64,000 bases of DNA from Nitrososphaeraceae archaeon (GCA_042138015.1 JBHIVA010000004.1:1984-65983), one strand, 5' to 3'. Positions 1-12,300 are shown, numbered from the stretch's first letter. A program made the numbers and translations. The notes: a model not told the origin generated them from the sequence alone.

Positions 1-442
1 GTCTAAAAGATGGACAGGTAATCAAAGTTTCACATGGCTCCAAACTTTTTTCAATATGAACAATTGATAAATTTTCATTCAACCAAATAATATCTATTGG
101 AAACTTCATACCTTTCATCCAAAAACTTTGGTAATTTGGTTTATCAAAAATAAACAACATTCCTTCGTTCTCTTTCATAGACGATTTTATCGACAATCCA
201 TCCTGTTTCTCTTTATCAGTCAAGGCAACATCAAAATTTAAAACGAAACCATTTATCTCTGCCAATCCTTTTAATAATCGATCCCCTTTCAGATCTTTAA
301 CTGCTAGATCAATTTGACTTTTATTTTGCCATTCAGAAAAAGACAGTATTTTTTCTCCTGTTTCACTCAAGGAATAAAGATGTATGATAATTAGTAAAAC
401 CACTGTAATCATAAATCTAGTACAAAGTTCCTTTATGGTCAT
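1..442 (-). CDS. DUF192 family protein (3' end runs off the window)
   Basis: Hand translation from ATG at 442: hydrophobic N-terminus, then GLSIKSSMKENEGMLFIF and FWMKGMKFPIDIIW, typical DUF192 motifs. Not in the ORF track because there is no stop inside the window. Confidence 0.85.
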   Translation of the reverse strand, partial: MTIKELCTRFMITVVLLIIIHLYSLSETGEKILSFSEWQNKSQIDLAVKDLKGDRLLKGLAEINGFVLNFDVALTDKEKQDGLSIKSSMKENEGMLFIFDKPNYQSFWMKGMKFPIDIIWLNENLSIVHIEKSLEPCETLITCPSFR

Positions 443-498
443 CTAGAATTAACACATGTGAAAGTTATTTCCGGATATATTTATTTTGAATCAAAATA

Positions 499-939
499 TT
501 AATTTTTATTATTCTCTGTTGGTTTAGTATCCTTAAGTAGTATTCCGCAATTTTTACAAAATCGAGGTAGTATTTCTCTTTCAAGATATGATCCAGATAT
601 GTTCTTTCCAATTGAAATTCCACAATTAGGGCAGAATTTTCCTTTCACATTAGTAGAATTGTTGTAATAATAATTATTTTGAACCTTCGAATACATTTCT
701 TCATTCTTTTTTTTCGAAATTGGTAATATCTTGATGCTTTCCCATTTACATCCTATCTCATCATAAACCTTGATTATTACCACCAAAAATGTTAGTTCAA
801 CTGCTAGTGAAATTACAAACTTTAAAGTTCCTATCTCATTCTTAATGAATAAGTGAATTGTCTGAACTGTAATTATCGTCAAAATACTCATTGCTACGAA
901 AAATAAAACTGAATAGATATGATTCGAAAATTTAACCAT
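499..939 (-). CDS. Membrane protein with C-terminal zinc ribbon
   Basis: Two N-terminal hydrophobic helices, then CPNCG and CKNCG. Confidence 0.7.
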   Translation of the reverse strand: MVKFSNHIYSVLFFVAMSILTIITVQTIHLFIKNEIGTLKFVISLAVELTFLVVIIKVYDEIGCKWESIKILPISKKKNEEMYSKVQNNYYYNNSTNVKGKFCPNCGISIGKNISGSYLEREILPRFCKNCGILLKDTKPTENNKN

Positions 940-1047
940 TTAGTTAATAAAATATCTATTCAAATTAAAATAATATAATACTCAATTATTTCAAATAAAC
1001 TGATAAAATTTATTACCATAAGATCAAAATATGGCAAGGACTTTAGA

Positions 1048-1242
1048 CTATTTATAATTCTCTTTCTCTTTTCCGAAAGATCTAAAAAAAAATCCACTAA
1101 AAACCATAACACCTACCAGAGCAGTAGCGGCAATTACTCTTTCGACTGGTAGATTGAGGATAAAAGTTACTACAAATGTAACACCAGCTGAAATAGCGGC
1201 AAGCGGAAACCATTTTTTTATAGCTTCATCTGTTCTTAACAT
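1048..1242 (-). CDS. Small two-helix membrane protein
   Basis: 64 aa with two hydrophobic segments and a basic tail; co-oriented with its neighbours. Confidence 0.6.
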   Translation of the reverse strand: MLRTDEAIKKWFPLAAISAGVTFVVTFILNLPVERVIAATALVGVMVFSGFFFRSFGKEKENYK

Positions 1243-1314
1243 AAGAGTAATTCTTGTACATTATTGTTAAATATTTCTATAAACTATTTTTTATAACCTA
1301 CAAAAAAATTAGAT

Positions 1315-1476
1315 TTATTTTTCTTCGCAACAGTGTGGACATAATCTCCAAGAAACTGGATCATTATAAAATTCATAAATCCAGCCATTTCCATCGCAAC
1401 CTGAACACTTCTTGCGAGAAGCTATTTCTCCTCTATAAGATTGAATGTATCGATTCTGATGGGTAACTTTTATCAC
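1315..1476 (-). CDS. 53-aa zinc-binding microprotein
   Basis: GTG start; MIKVTHQNRYIQSYRGEIASRKKCSGCDGNGWIYEFYNDPVSWRLCPHCCEEK; carries a CxxCxGxG and a CxxC motif. Confidence 0.65.
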   Translation of the reverse strand: MIKVTHQNRYIQSYRGEIASRKKCSGCDGNGWIYEFYNDPVSWRLCPHCCEEK

Positions 1477-1694
1477 ACATTATTATAGAAGCATCTTCTA
1501 ATTAAACATTATGAAAATTTTTCTAATATTAAATACGAGAAATTTTCTATCTATATGTTTTATTATTCATTGTTCTTTGTAATCAACATTTAGTATTATC
1601 ATTCCGATTCTATTTAATCTATTATTTTATTTTTTTTATCAATAGATAATTTATTATGATATTCCATTGATACATTTTTAAAACCATTAATCAA

Positions 1695-2885
1695 ATGGAA
1701 CTTATTGTCTTAATGAATGGTGTTTTAGATCATTTATCAATAAGTAATCCTATGACGATTGGAATTGTAGGCGGAGGACAGTTAGGAAAGATGCTCGCTC
1801 AAGAAGCTAAAAGGATGGCTTTAAAGGTCGTAATTCTCGACCCAAGTAAAGACTGTCCTGCCTCTTCAATATGTAATAAACTTGTGATAGGTGATTTTAA
1901 AGATGAAGCAAAAATTTATGAGCTTGCTAGGGAATCTGATATTCTAACATATGAAATCGAGTTGGCTAACTCTACGGCTTTGCAAAATCTTGAATTAAAA
2001 AAATATCCGATTTATCCTTCTCCTCATACTTTAAAAATTATACAAAATAAGTTTAGGCAGAAATCCTTTTTACTAAAAAATAAAATAGCAGTTACTGATT
2101 TTTGTAAAATAGAATCAAGAGACGATGTTTTACTAGCCATCAAAAATTTTGGATTTCCAATAATAATAAAAGCATCAGAAGACTCCTACGATGGACGTGG
2201 AAACTTTTTAATATGCTCAGAAACACAGATCGATAAAGGATATTCTTACTTTAATAATAAAGAAAAATTTGCGGAAAAATTTGTTGACTTTACAAAAGAG
2301 ATTTCTATACTAGTAGCCAGAAATAAATCTGGTCAAACCGTATCTTTTCCTGTTGCTGAAAATATTCATCATGATAACATATTGGATACTACAATTGTTC
2401 CTGCGAGAATTTCTACTAAAGCTAAAATAAATGCAATAAAAATTGCGGAAAAGGTAGCAAGGAGTATGAAAGATGTGGGAATATTTGGGATAGAAATGTT
2501 CGTAACAAAAAACGACGATATCCTTATTAATGAAATTGCTCCAAGACCTCATAATTCAGGGCATTATACAATAGAAGGTTGTTCTGTTTCACAGTTTGAG
2601 CAACATATACGATCCATCTTAAACCTTCCATTAGCTTCACCAGAATTGCTTAGACCTGTGGTTATGAAAAATATTTTGGGACCAGATAGTTTATGTGGAA
2701 ATTACACAATAAGAGGATTAAAAAATTTCTTCTCTGTACCTGGCGTTAAAATTCATATTTATGGAAAAAAAATTACCATGCCAAAAAGGAAGTTAGGGCA
2801 CATTATTGCAACTGGAAGTTCTATAAAGGAGGCATTAGATAGAGCAAATAAATCAAAAAATTCAATAGATATCATAATAGATTGA
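1695..2885 (+). CDS. purK: N5-carboxyaminoimidazole ribonucleotide synthase
   Basis: IGIVGGGQLG, YDGRG, NEIAPRPHNSGH, RKLGH motifs; directly upstream of purE. The true start may be a later Met. Confidence 0.95.
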   Translation: MELIVLMNGVLDHLSISNPMTIGIVGGGQLGKMLAQEAKRMALKVVILDPSKDCPASSICNKLVIGDFKDEAKIYELARESDILTYEIELANSTALQNLELKKYPIYPSPHTLKIIQNKFRQKSFLLKNKIAVTDFCKIESRDDVLLAIKNFGFPIIIKASEDSYDGRGNFLICSETQIDKGYSYFNNKEKFAEKFVDFTKEISILVARNKSGQTVSFPVAENIHHDNILDTTIVPARISTKAKINAIKIAEKVARSMKDVGIFGIEMFVTKNDDILINEIAPRPHNSGHYTIEGCSVSQFEQHIRSILNLPLASPELLRPVVMKNILGPDSLCGNYTIRGLKNFFSVPGVKIHIYGKKITMPKRKLGHIIATGSSIKEALDRANKSKNSIDIIID

Positions 2886-2896
2886 TATAATATAAC

Positions 2897-3430
2897 ATGT
2901 CAAAATCTGAAGTTGCAGTTATTATGGGAAGTGATTCGGATCTAAAGGTAATGAAGCATGCAGCAGAGATGTTAGAATATTTCGATGTTCCTTATGAATT
3001 AACTATTGTTTCTGCCCATAGAACACCACGTAGAATGATGAAATATTCTATTGATGCCCAGAAAAGAGGAATCAAGGTAATAATTGCAGGAGCAGGAGGG
3101 TCAGCACACTTACCAGGAATGGTTGCATCTCTCTCATCAATTCCTGTCATCGGAGTTCCGATTAACAGCTCGAGTTTTGATGGTTTGGATTCTCTTTTAT
3201 CGATTGTTCAAATGCCTTCAGGAGTTCCAGTTGCGACAGTTGCAATAAACGGGGCTATGAATGCAGCCATTTTAGCGTGTCAAATATTAGGCATAGAATC
3301 ATCTAGTTTAGCAGAAAAAATCCATAAATTCAAGCTTAAATTGAATGCAGATGTTCGAAATAAATTTCAAAAATTAGATAAAATTGGATGGAAAACCTAT
3401 CTTGACACTATTGACAATCAAAAGCCCTAA
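2897..3430 (+). CDS. purE: N5-CAIR mutase
   Basis: [37 protein letters not shown]. Confidence 0.97.
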   Translation: MSKSEVAVIMGSDSDLKVMKHAAEMLEYFDVPYELTIVSAHRTPRRMMKYSIDAQKRGIKVIIAGAGGSAHLPGMVASLSSIPVIGVPINSSSFDGLDSLLSIVQMPSGVPVATVAINGAMNAAILACQILGIESSSLAEKIHKFKLKLNADVRNKFQKLDKIGWKTYLDTIDNQKP

Positions 3431-3447
3431 ATTTTATCTCATTTTGT

Positions 3448-3831
3448 TTACGATCCCATCATTCCTGGAACTTTTATAGGTGACCTATATTCCTTAGTAA
3501 TATTTATTCCTTCATTAGTTGTGAGGATAATCTTTTCTAAATTGCTCTCTGGTGGAGGACTTAATGGATAGCTCTGGCCCGGTTCTAGAATGGGTATTAT
3601 CTCCTCACTTATATTACCATAATTTGCTATAATATTAGTAAGCGGTTTAAGCCCTGTATTTGTTATCATAACTCTAGTATGTGTAAATAACGATTGCTCC
3701 TCCTTTAATGCATCTATTTGCAAATCAAAATCATTTTTTTTCGTAAAGTTAGTACCACTAAATAAAAAAAGAGAAAGGATAACGACACCTACAACAAGAA
3801 ATACTAAAACATATTTCTGTTTAATCTCCAT
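3448..3831 (-). CDS. Membrane-anchored hypothetical protein
   Basis: N-terminal hydrophobic helix followed by a beta-rich domain (ITNTG...LEPGQS, CARDB/Ig-like). Confidence 0.7.
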   Translation of the reverse strand: MEIKQKYVLVFLVVGVVILSLFLFSGTNFTKKNDFDLQIDALKEEQSLFTHTRVMITNTGLKPLTNIIANYGNISEEIIPILEPGQSYPLSPPPESNLEKIILTTNEGINITKEYRSPIKVPGMMGS

Positions 3832-5168
3832 TTATTCTAATATATCTTCGGGAAATATTACCATTTCTATGATGATCCTAAAATATCATGATATCAAATT
3901 TTACAAATTTAAATTCAAAGTAAATAGTACGAAGTACTATCTAACCACTGTTATCATAAGATAATTAACCTTATACTTATGTCCGACATACTTTGCGTAT
4001 CTTTAAATGTCGCTATGTAAATTATTAAGGAATGTCAGCCAATCCTTTAAACTTTTTCGATTAATTTTAGTAGAGTTATTTATCCATGTCCTTTGCTCCA
4101 TTTCAAGAAATTGTCTTGTTCTGATGACATCATCATTGGGGTAGCATTATGTTATAGAAGAAATGATCAATTTAAATACTAATAAATTATTTTATATTTA
4201 TATAATCTGTTCTTCATTTTTTGATATTATAAAATATCCTTTTCTTATCTATAAAAAATTTGGCAAAGTATTATTTTTTTCAAAATATTAAAATTCTATT
4301 CTAGCTTGGTTAGGGAGACTTTAAAATAAAATATAATTTAAATTGTTATTACCTATACCCATCCAAATTTAACACTCATTTTTTTGAATAAACTTTAAAC
4401 TGAGATTCAGATTTACAGAGTTGTTATATAGATAACATTCAGACAAACTAAGAAATATTTTTAGGTAAATAGAAATCTAACTTCACAACAATAAGAATGA
4501 AGTTCAATACAGATATTATGATTGATATATGAAAATTCAAAAAAATAGTAATAATATGTAAAGTTACGATGGCTTTTTCTAAAATAAATAACATAAGAAT
4601 CCAGAAAATTACTAGAAAATCTGTACAATTAGATGGTTTCTTAGTACATAGGTATTAATATGTGTATAAAAATAATGATTTACTTTGTACTATAAATATT
4701 GTTACTAACAATACCATGATTTAAGGAGATATTATGTACATTTAATTTATTGAACAAAAGGTTCAAAAAATAATCTTAGGAGATGAATTTTAATTATTTC
4801 AATCCATATTGGATGCAATATTGGACAATTCTATAAATTAAGAAAGCTTTGAAGAAGATATTTGCTGGCTTGAAAGAAAAATTTGATTGATGTATGTAAA
4901 CACACCTATTTTATACTATCATTGATTTAGTTAGTTGTTTCGTCACATATACTTTATTAATTTCAACTATGATCTATAAAACAGCTAGTATTTATTAATA
5001 AAACAACACATCCAGCAACAGATAACTCTTTAAATAATTTTTGTATAAATTGTTGTAGTATAGATTAACATTTTAATGCTAGATTTAGTCAATACTACCA
5101 TAATACATTACCCTGTTTTACTTACAAAATAAAAGATATTTTTTTATATTTTGCTTCAATACATCAAA

Positions 5169-5900
5169 TCATATTTGATTTTTCATAACATTAGAAACAG
5201 AATTATTTCCCCATTTTTCGAGGAATATGAGATCGTTTACCTCAATTCTAGTTAACCATTTCGATTTTTCTAAATCTGGAATATTAGAAAATTCTGAAAC
5301 ATAGCCCATACATAAATAGGCTATCGGTTTTATATGTCTAGGAATAGACAATATCTTTTTTAAATCTTTAATAGATAATATGCTTACCCATCCCACACCA
5401 ATTTCTTCAGCCCTTGCAGCTAGCCATAAATTTTGAATTGCACAACATACACTATATATTCCAGTCTCAGGTATACTAGTTTTTCCTATAATAAAAGGTC
5501 CAAATCTTGTTGGGTCATAGGTTATACAAATATTGATATTCGATTCAAGAATCCCCTCTAATTTTAGAGATTTATATTTTTTCTGTCTTTTTTTATTTAA
5601 TGCTAGCAAGTTTATTGATTTTTTATATTCCAATAAAAATGATTCTTTTATCTTTTTTCTTATACTTAAATCCTTAATGAGAAGAAAATTCCAAGGTTGT
5701 GAGAAGCCTACTGATGGTGCATGATGAGCGGCGTCTAATATTTTAAGAAGCTGAGAAAATGGTATATCTTTTTTATTTGAAAATTGAGTTCTAACATCTC
5801 TTCTAGAAAATAAAATTTTATAAAACCCATCTCTTTCCATTTTGGAAATCTTTCTGGTTTTTCTACGAGTATTTTTAATCTTGTAATCTGAAGTTAACAA
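5169..5900 (-). CDS. bluB: 5,6-dimethylbenzimidazole synthase
   Basis: RRDVR, AAHHAPSVGFSQPWNF, CAIQNLWLAARAEEIGVGWVS, AYLCMGY. Confidence 0.9.
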   Translation of the reverse strand: MLTSDYKIKNTRRKTRKISKMERDGFYKILFSRRDVRTQFSNKKDIPFSQLLKILDAAHHAPSVGFSQPWNFLLIKDLSIRKKIKESFLLEYKKSINLLALNKKRQKKYKSLKLEGILESNINICITYDPTRFGPFIIGKTSIPETGIYSVCCAIQNLWLAARAEEIGVGWVSILSIKDLKKILSIPRHIKPIAYLCMGYVSEFSNIPDLEKSKWLTRIEVNDLIFLEKWGNNSVSNVMKNQI

Positions 5901-6021
5901 TATAATTTCTCTTTCTTATCTATATTTTAATATTTATCCATATACTAGTTAAGAATCGAGATAGTATTTGTGACCATAAATTTCAAGTTGAAATTGTTAT
6001 AGGATGCTATTCTTATAGATA

Positions 6022-6645
6022 CTACTTTAATCTACCGATAAAATTCAAACATACAAGATATAATTCACTACTTGCGGGTCTACTAGCCAATGGTTTTGAA
6101 ATTATTACGTTTTCAAAGTTATTTCTTAATTCAATTATTAAATCATTAAGCATATCTCCTTGAAATACCTTGAAAATTCCCTTACTCTTTCTTTTAGATA
6201 TTTTTTTAGTTAATTCTAATACGCTTTTTGTCAAAAAGATTTGTCTTGCATGATCATATTCCCAATTCCCACTTAAATTAGGAGCTATGTCTGAAAGAAT
6301 GACGTCAACCTGAGAATCAGTTAATTGATTTAATTTTTCTTTAATAAATTCATCTTCTATACTCCCATGCAAAAAAATTACTCCTTCTATAGGATCTAAT
6401 TTTTTCAAGTCTATTCCAACCACTTTTCCATTATGACCGACCTCTTCCAGCGCTATTTGAAGCCAACCTCCAGGGGAACAACCTATATCTACTACGACAT
6501 TACCTTTTTTAAAAATTCGATAGGTTCCATTAATCTGCTTTAATTTGAACGCTGATCTACTTCGATATCCTTTATGTTTGGCTAACTTTCTAAATTGATC
6601 CCTTTTTGATAGTTCAAATTTCATCTCCTTGGCTATATGATTCAT
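6022..6645 (-). CDS. rlmE: 23S rRNA 2'-O-methyltransferase RlmE/FtsJ family
   Basis: YRSRSAFKL, DIGCSPGGW, VILSDIAP, KVFQG, SRPASSELY. Confidence 0.93.
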   Translation of the reverse strand: MNHIAKEMKFELSKRDQFRKLAKHKGYRSRSAFKLKQINGTYRIFKKGNVVVDIGCSPGGWLQIALEEVGHNGKVVGIDLKKLDPIEGVIFLHGSIEDEFIKEKLNQLTDSQVDVILSDIAPNLSGNWEYDHARQIFLTKSVLELTKKISKRKSKGIFKVFQGDMLNDLIIELRNNFENVIISKPLASRPASSELYLVCLNFIGRLK

Positions 6646-6731
6646 AAAAACAATATATATCTTAAATTCTGGAGTAGCAATAGTCTATAATTTATATATA
6701 ATTTTTTGATCCTATCGTCTATCATTAATAA

Positions 6732-6739
6732 TATATAAA
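6732..6739 (+). promoter_or_regulatory. TATA box of the 4-hydroxybutyryl-CoA dehydratase gene (probably leaderless mRNA)
   Basis: TATATAAA lies 26-33 nt upstream of the ATG at 6765. Confidence 0.5.
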
Positions 6740-6764
6740 TAACATTCGGACGTTAATTAGATTA

Positions 6765-8285
6765 ATGCCTATTAGAAATGGGGCTGAGTATATAGAAAGT
6801 TTAAGAAATAGAAATTTAAAAATATACCTTTTTGGTGAACTCGTAAAGGAACCAGTAGATCATCCTATGATTCGCCCCTCAATTAATGCAGTTGCAGAAA
6901 CCTATGATTTACCAAATGAAGATTCAGAATTAGCATCTGCTGAATCTTCTCTCACCGGTTTACGAGTAAACAGATTCTTACATATAGCTGAAAACGCTCA
7001 AGATCTTGTTAATCAGAATAAGATGCAGCGTAAACTTGGACAATTAACAGGTACCTGTTTTCAAAGATGTGTAGGTATGGATGCTTTAAATTCTCTTTAT
7101 TCTACTACTTTTGAAATAGATGAAAAATATAATACACAATATCACCAAAGATTACAAGAATTCGTCAAACAAATTCAACAAGAAAATCTAGTAATAGGAG
7201 GAGCGATGACGGATGTAAAAGGAGACAGGAGTCTATCTCCATCACAACAAGAAGATCCAGATTTATTTGTCCATATTGTAAAAAGGGATGAAAAGGGAGT
7301 ATATATTACTGGTGCCAAAGCACATCAAACAGGATGTATCAATTCTCATTGGATTCTAGTAATGCCTACAATGAGACTTAGGAAGGAAGATAAGGATTAT
7401 GCTATTGTAGGAGCAATACCTGCTGATGCTCCTGGAATTACCTATATCTATGGAAGACAATCGTGCGATACGAGAAGTATGGAGGGAGGTGATCTAGACG
7501 CAGGAAATGCAAAATTTTCAGGTCAAGAAGCTATGATGATTTTAGATAAGGTATTTATCCCCAATGAACTTATTTTTATGAATGGTGAATTTGAATTCGC
7601 TTCAATGCTTGTTGAAAGATTCACTTGTTATCATAGAAGAAGTTATGTTTGTAAGACAGGGTTAGGTGATGTTTTAATTGGGGCTTCAGCTTCTATTGCC
7701 GATTATAACGGGGTTTCTAATGTATCTCATATTAAGGATAAATTAGTAGAAATGACCCATCTCAATGAAACAATTTTTGCAGCAGGAATTGCATCATCCC
7801 ATCAATCATATAAAACAAAGTCAGGTAATTTTCAAAACGATGACATGCTTGCAAATGTATGTAAACATAATGTTACACGATTTCCATATGAGATAGGCAG
7901 ACTTGCACAGGATATAGCAGGAGGTTTAGTAGTAACAATGCCTTCTGAAAAAGACTTTAAAAACCCCAGCACGGGACCACTTCTCGAAAAATATTTACAG
8001 GGTAGGAAAGGCGTTAGAACAGAAGATAGAGTCAGGGTGTTAAGATTAATAGAAAATATGACTTTGGGAAGGAATGCCGTAGGATATCTAACTGAATCAA
8101 TGCATGGTGCTGGATCTCCTCAAGCACAAAGAATCCAGATTGCTAGACAAATGCAAATAGAATATAAAAAGAAGTTGGCAAGAAAACTAGCTAATATTCC
8201 TGAAACTGAAGCAGAAGAGTTAACAAGAGAACAGTCTGATTATTTTGATAGAATATTCAGTATAAAAAATGACAAAAAACAATAA
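6765..8285 (+). CDS. abfD: 4-hydroxybutyryl-CoA dehydratase (3HP/4HB carbon fixation cycle)
   Basis: GTCFQRCVGMDA and CYHRRSYVCK (Fe-S ligands), AMTDVKGDR, HGAGSPQAQ. Confidence 0.95.
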   Translation: MPIRNGAEYIESLRNRNLKIYLFGELVKEPVDHPMIRPSINAVAETYDLPNEDSELASAESSLTGLRVNRFLHIAENAQDLVNQNKMQRKLGQLTGTCFQRCVGMDALNSLYSTTFEIDEKYNTQYHQRLQEFVKQIQQENLVIGGAMTDVKGDRSLSPSQQEDPDLFVHIVKRDEKGVYITGAKAHQTGCINSHWILVMPTMRLRKEDKDYAIVGAIPADAPGITYIYGRQSCDTRSMEGGDLDAGNAKFSGQEAMMILDKVFIPNELIFMNGEFEFASMLVERFTCYHRRSYVCKTGLGDVLIGASASIADYNGVSNVSHIKDKLVEMTHLNETIFAAGIASSHQSYKTKSGNFQNDDMLANVCKHNVTRFPYEIGRLAQDIAGGLVVTMPSEKDFKNPSTGPLLEKYLQGRKGVRTEDRVRVLRLIENMTLGRNAVGYLTESMHGAGSPQAQRIQIARQMQIEYKKKLARKLANIPETEAEELTREQSDYFDRIFSIKNDKKQ

Positions 8286-8344
8286 TTTCTATTTATATCA
8301 TTTTTAATTTAAATTTTTATCAAATAATATTTTGTATAAAAAAA

Positions 8345-9331
8345 TTGAATAATAGTCTGTTAAGCGTAATCGATCTAAATAAAACATTTTTTATTAATGA
8401 CCAATCTTTTAAATCATTCGGATTCCGAAAGAAAAGTCGGATCAAAGTTGTCGATAATATTAATTTTAAACTTCATCACGGCGAGATACTTGTAGTTGCG
8501 GGTGAATCAGGATCAGGAAAAACTACACTAGCTCGATTGATAATTCGATCTCTTAATCCAGATTCGGGAAAAATTATTTTTGATAACGAGGATATTACTA
8601 ATATAAAATGTAACGATTTGTTAAAAATTCGTTCAAAGATGCAAATGATATTACAAGATCCATACTCATCTCTCGATCCTCGTATGAAGGTATTTGATAT
8701 TATTAAGGAACCTTTACAAGTTCATAATAAAGGATTGAATAAAAAGGAAATAAAACAAGCAATATATTCTGCATTATCAAAAGTTAATTTAGAGCCTTTT
8801 GAAGAAATCTCTGATAAGTATCCGCATATGCTTTCAGGAGGACAAAGACAAAGAGTAAGTTTTGCAAGGTCTTTAGTTTTACAGCCAAAATTGATAATTG
8901 CTGATGAACCTGTTTCTATGCTGGATGTATCAGTTAGGTTTCAAATATTGTCACTGATGAAAAAATTAAAAGAAATTGAGAATATATCTTTTATATATAT
9001 AACTCACGATCTTTCAACTTCTAGATATGTAGGGGATAATATTATTATTCTATATAAAGGTCAAATAATTGAACATGGTAATATTGGTGAGGTAATCGAT
9101 AATCCTCTTCATCCATACACTAAAGCTTTAATCTCAGCTATTCCTAAAATGGGTTATTCCGGATTTAAAATAATAAAGGTCAAAAATGAATTTGATCAAT
9201 CAAGTAATTCTCAAGGATGCAAATTTTTAAATAAATGTATCTATGCCATAGATAAATGTAAGCAGGTAGAACCAGACCTAACTCTTGATGACAAAAATCA
9301 TCACGTACGTTGTTTTAATTACAAGACTTAA
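8345..9331 (+). CDS. Oligopeptide/dipeptide ABC transporter ATP-binding subunit (OppF/DppF-like)
   Basis: GESGSGKT, LSGGQRQR, ADEPVS, HPYT, C-terminal Cys cluster. Confidence 0.92.
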   Translation: MNNSLLSVIDLNKTFFINDQSFKSFGFRKKSRIKVVDNINFKLHHGEILVVAGESGSGKTTLARLIIRSLNPDSGKIIFDNEDITNIKCNDLLKIRSKMQMILQDPYSSLDPRMKVFDIIKEPLQVHNKGLNKKEIKQAIYSALSKVNLEPFEEISDKYPHMLSGGQRQRVSFARSLVLQPKLIIADEPVSMLDVSVRFQILSLMKKLKEIENISFIYITHDLSTSRYVGDNIIILYKGQIIEHGNIGEVIDNPLHPYTKALISAIPKMGYSGFKIIKVKNEFDQSSNSQGCKFLNKCIYAIDKCKQVEPDLTLDDKNHHVRCFNYKT

Positions 9332-9384
9332 TTTCTATCTATTATTTTATACCTATATTTGTTGATAAAAACGAAAAAAAGGTA

Positions 9385-12300
9385 TTATAATGTAATTTTA
9401 CTTGATTCGGCTCTTTTATTATATCTGTATTTCAATATTTGTGAAACTCCGTTTTTCGGATAGACTCCGAAGATTTGATCGACCCGAGAAATTGTAGAAT
9501 CCTTTAATGTTACCATTATTATTTGATTTTTTTGTGCTCTATCCAATAAAATTCTGGATAACCTCTCCGTATTCTCTGCATCTAAGTGAGCGTCAATTTC
9601 ATCCATCAGATAAAAAGGAGATGGTTTAATCGATTGTAATGCAAGAAGAAATATTGTAGCAGCCATCGTTTTTTCTCCTCCTGATAATGATGTAGAATCT
9701 CTCCGTGGTTTTCCTGGAAATTGAACAACTAATCTCACTCCAGCCGAAAAAATATCCTCTTGATTTTCGAGTTCTAACCAAGAGTTACCACCTACAACTG
9801 TAGAAAAGGTATTGTTGATGTCTTGATTAACTTTTAAAAAAGCATCCATAAACATGTTCTCCTTTTCCTTATTTATTTTATCGATAAATATAACAATAGA
9901 ATTACGTTCTTTTTCTAGGTCATTTTTGCGTTCAGACATTCCTCTATAACCGTCTATTACATGAATATAATTTTCATTTGCTCGTAGGTTAATTTTTGAC
10001 TTTATTAAATCATATTCTTTAGATAGTTCATTAATTATCTCTTCAATATTATAAATTTCATAAATATCTTTTTTATACCCTAACCAAATTAAATCATTAT
10101 TTAATTTTCTATGTTGTTCTTCTAGATTAGCATTTTCCTTTTCTAATAATACAATTTCTCTATCTAAAGAATTGTATTCTCTTGAGATTTTTCTTTCCTG
10201 TTCTAATAATTCTTTTATTTTTAATTCATAAGTTTGTAGAATTGAATATGAATTTCCCGAAGAATTTATTATTTCTTGTTCTTGATTTCTTAATTTATTT
10301 AACACGACTTCATCTTGATCTATTTTTTGTTTATCTGTTATAACAGATACTTCTTTATCTTTTAGCTCTTTTTCTAAATTGGTTTTTTCTTCATTTAATG
10401 ATAACTTCCGTTCTAAATTTAAATCTCTCTCATTTTGTTTAGTTGTTAATATTACCGAGATGTCTTGGATTTCCTGATTTTCATAATCAATTAGGGTTTG
10501 AATTTTGTTTCTTTCTATGTTTAAATTATTCAAATCATTATCTCTATATTTAGCATCCATATTTAATAACACATTATGGACCCTTTTTCTAGCATCTGTT
10601 AAGAGCAAGAATCTTTTTTCGTTATATTGGATTTTTTCTAATACTGAATTAGTCTCATCCTTATTAAAATCTAAGATCTCATTTTGTTGATTTAATTCGA
10701 GACGAAAATTGGATAGAGTATCCTCGTATATCTTCTTCATTTTTTTATTCTCATTTATAGAGTTCTCGAGTTTAAGTTCTATATTTCCTAAACCGTTATC
10801 CATTTTGCTCATCCTATTATAATACATGACATTATTATCCAAGTATGATTTTAACTTTAGAATGAGAGATCGGAGGTATTTTATATCATTTTCAAGATTT
10901 ATTTCTTTAACTACATTGATTATTCTTGAATTATAATCAATTATGAGAGATGTTGATTTGGGTTCAAATAATTCTCCATCTATCGATACAGTTCTATATC
11001 CTTTAAACGATAACATATAAGCATCTTTAGCAGTTCGTACCACAATTATGTTTCCAAATAAAAATTTGACTAGTGAATCATAATCAGATGTCACAAAATT
11101 TGATAAATTTCCTATTATAGCAACATTCTCTTTTTCTAACAGAGTCATAGCTGAACGTTCAATTAGATCCAATGGGATAATCCTAATCCTAGGTAACTTC
11201 TTTGATTTTGCAAATTCTGCGATTTTAATCATATTTTCAACGTCTTTCACAACAATTGCCTTCATCCACTCTTTTGCAATGGCTATAACACTTCTATGAT
11301 ATTTTCTATCCCATTTTATCAAATCATGAACAACACCTATTATATCAAAATCTTCATTTTTTGAAATCTCTGAAATAGAAAAATCTTCAGACATTGATGT
11401 AGATAATATGAAATTTTTTTCTTGAAATTTTAAGGATTCATTATGAGATTTTTCCAATATTGATTTTGAAGTTTCTAATTCTTTGTCGTATTGTTTTAAT
11501 CTCTCTTGCAAATTTACCTTCAGACTTCGTATATTAATTAGTTCTTTTGTATATTTATTTATGTAATCTTGAAGATTTTTAATTCGATCCAAATAAGTAT
11601 CTATATTTAAGGAAAGTAACTTTATTTTATCTTTTATTTCTTGATCTTTTTGAGAATTTATTTTTAGTTTCTCTTTACCTGTTATGAGATTAATTTCTAA
11701 CATGTTATTTAAATCGAGAATTTTAGAATTTCTTTTCTCAATTTTTTCTTTTAGAATATTTATTTTGATGCGTTTCTCATTTTCACTTAAAATTTTAGTA
11801 TCTATAATTTTCAATTCATCTATATGAAAATTCCTCTTTATCTTTATTTCTTCTATTTTTTCTTTTATAAGATCAATGGTTTTACTTAGTCCATGAACTT
11901 TTTGTTCTAAATCCTGAGATGTAATATTAATAGATTTAGACTTACTTTTAATTTCTGATATTCTGTAAATTGTTTCTTTATGTATAGCTTTCAATTTTTC
12001 AACTTGGTAGACAATATTTGAAGTTTTATTATTGATTTCAGCCTTCTGTTTATTTATTAAATCTAATTTTTTAATAAATTCTAATTTTTCTCCATCTAAT
12101 TTTTCAATTTTTTTTCTGAGAAGATCGAGCTCAATATAGATCTCTTTTGATTTGGATTTTTTAATATCTAAATCTGAGAAAATACGTGATTTTGTGTTTT
12201 CTATGTTTTGAATTTCATGTGATATCTTGACTGCTTTGTATTTTTTTAAATCCGATTCAATATGCTCGAATCTCAATTGTTCATTTCTTTCTATTTCTAA

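Noticed and set aside
1254-1466. 70-aa + strand ORF
   Set aside because: The opposite strand has a better ORF with Cys motifs.
3832-5168. Long AT-rich spacers (also 16622-17586, 37384-38285, 39823-40836, 42546-43348)
   Set aside because: I found no repeats, terminal inverted repeats, C/D pairs or convincing ORFs; low coding density is normal for soil Nitrososphaeraceae.
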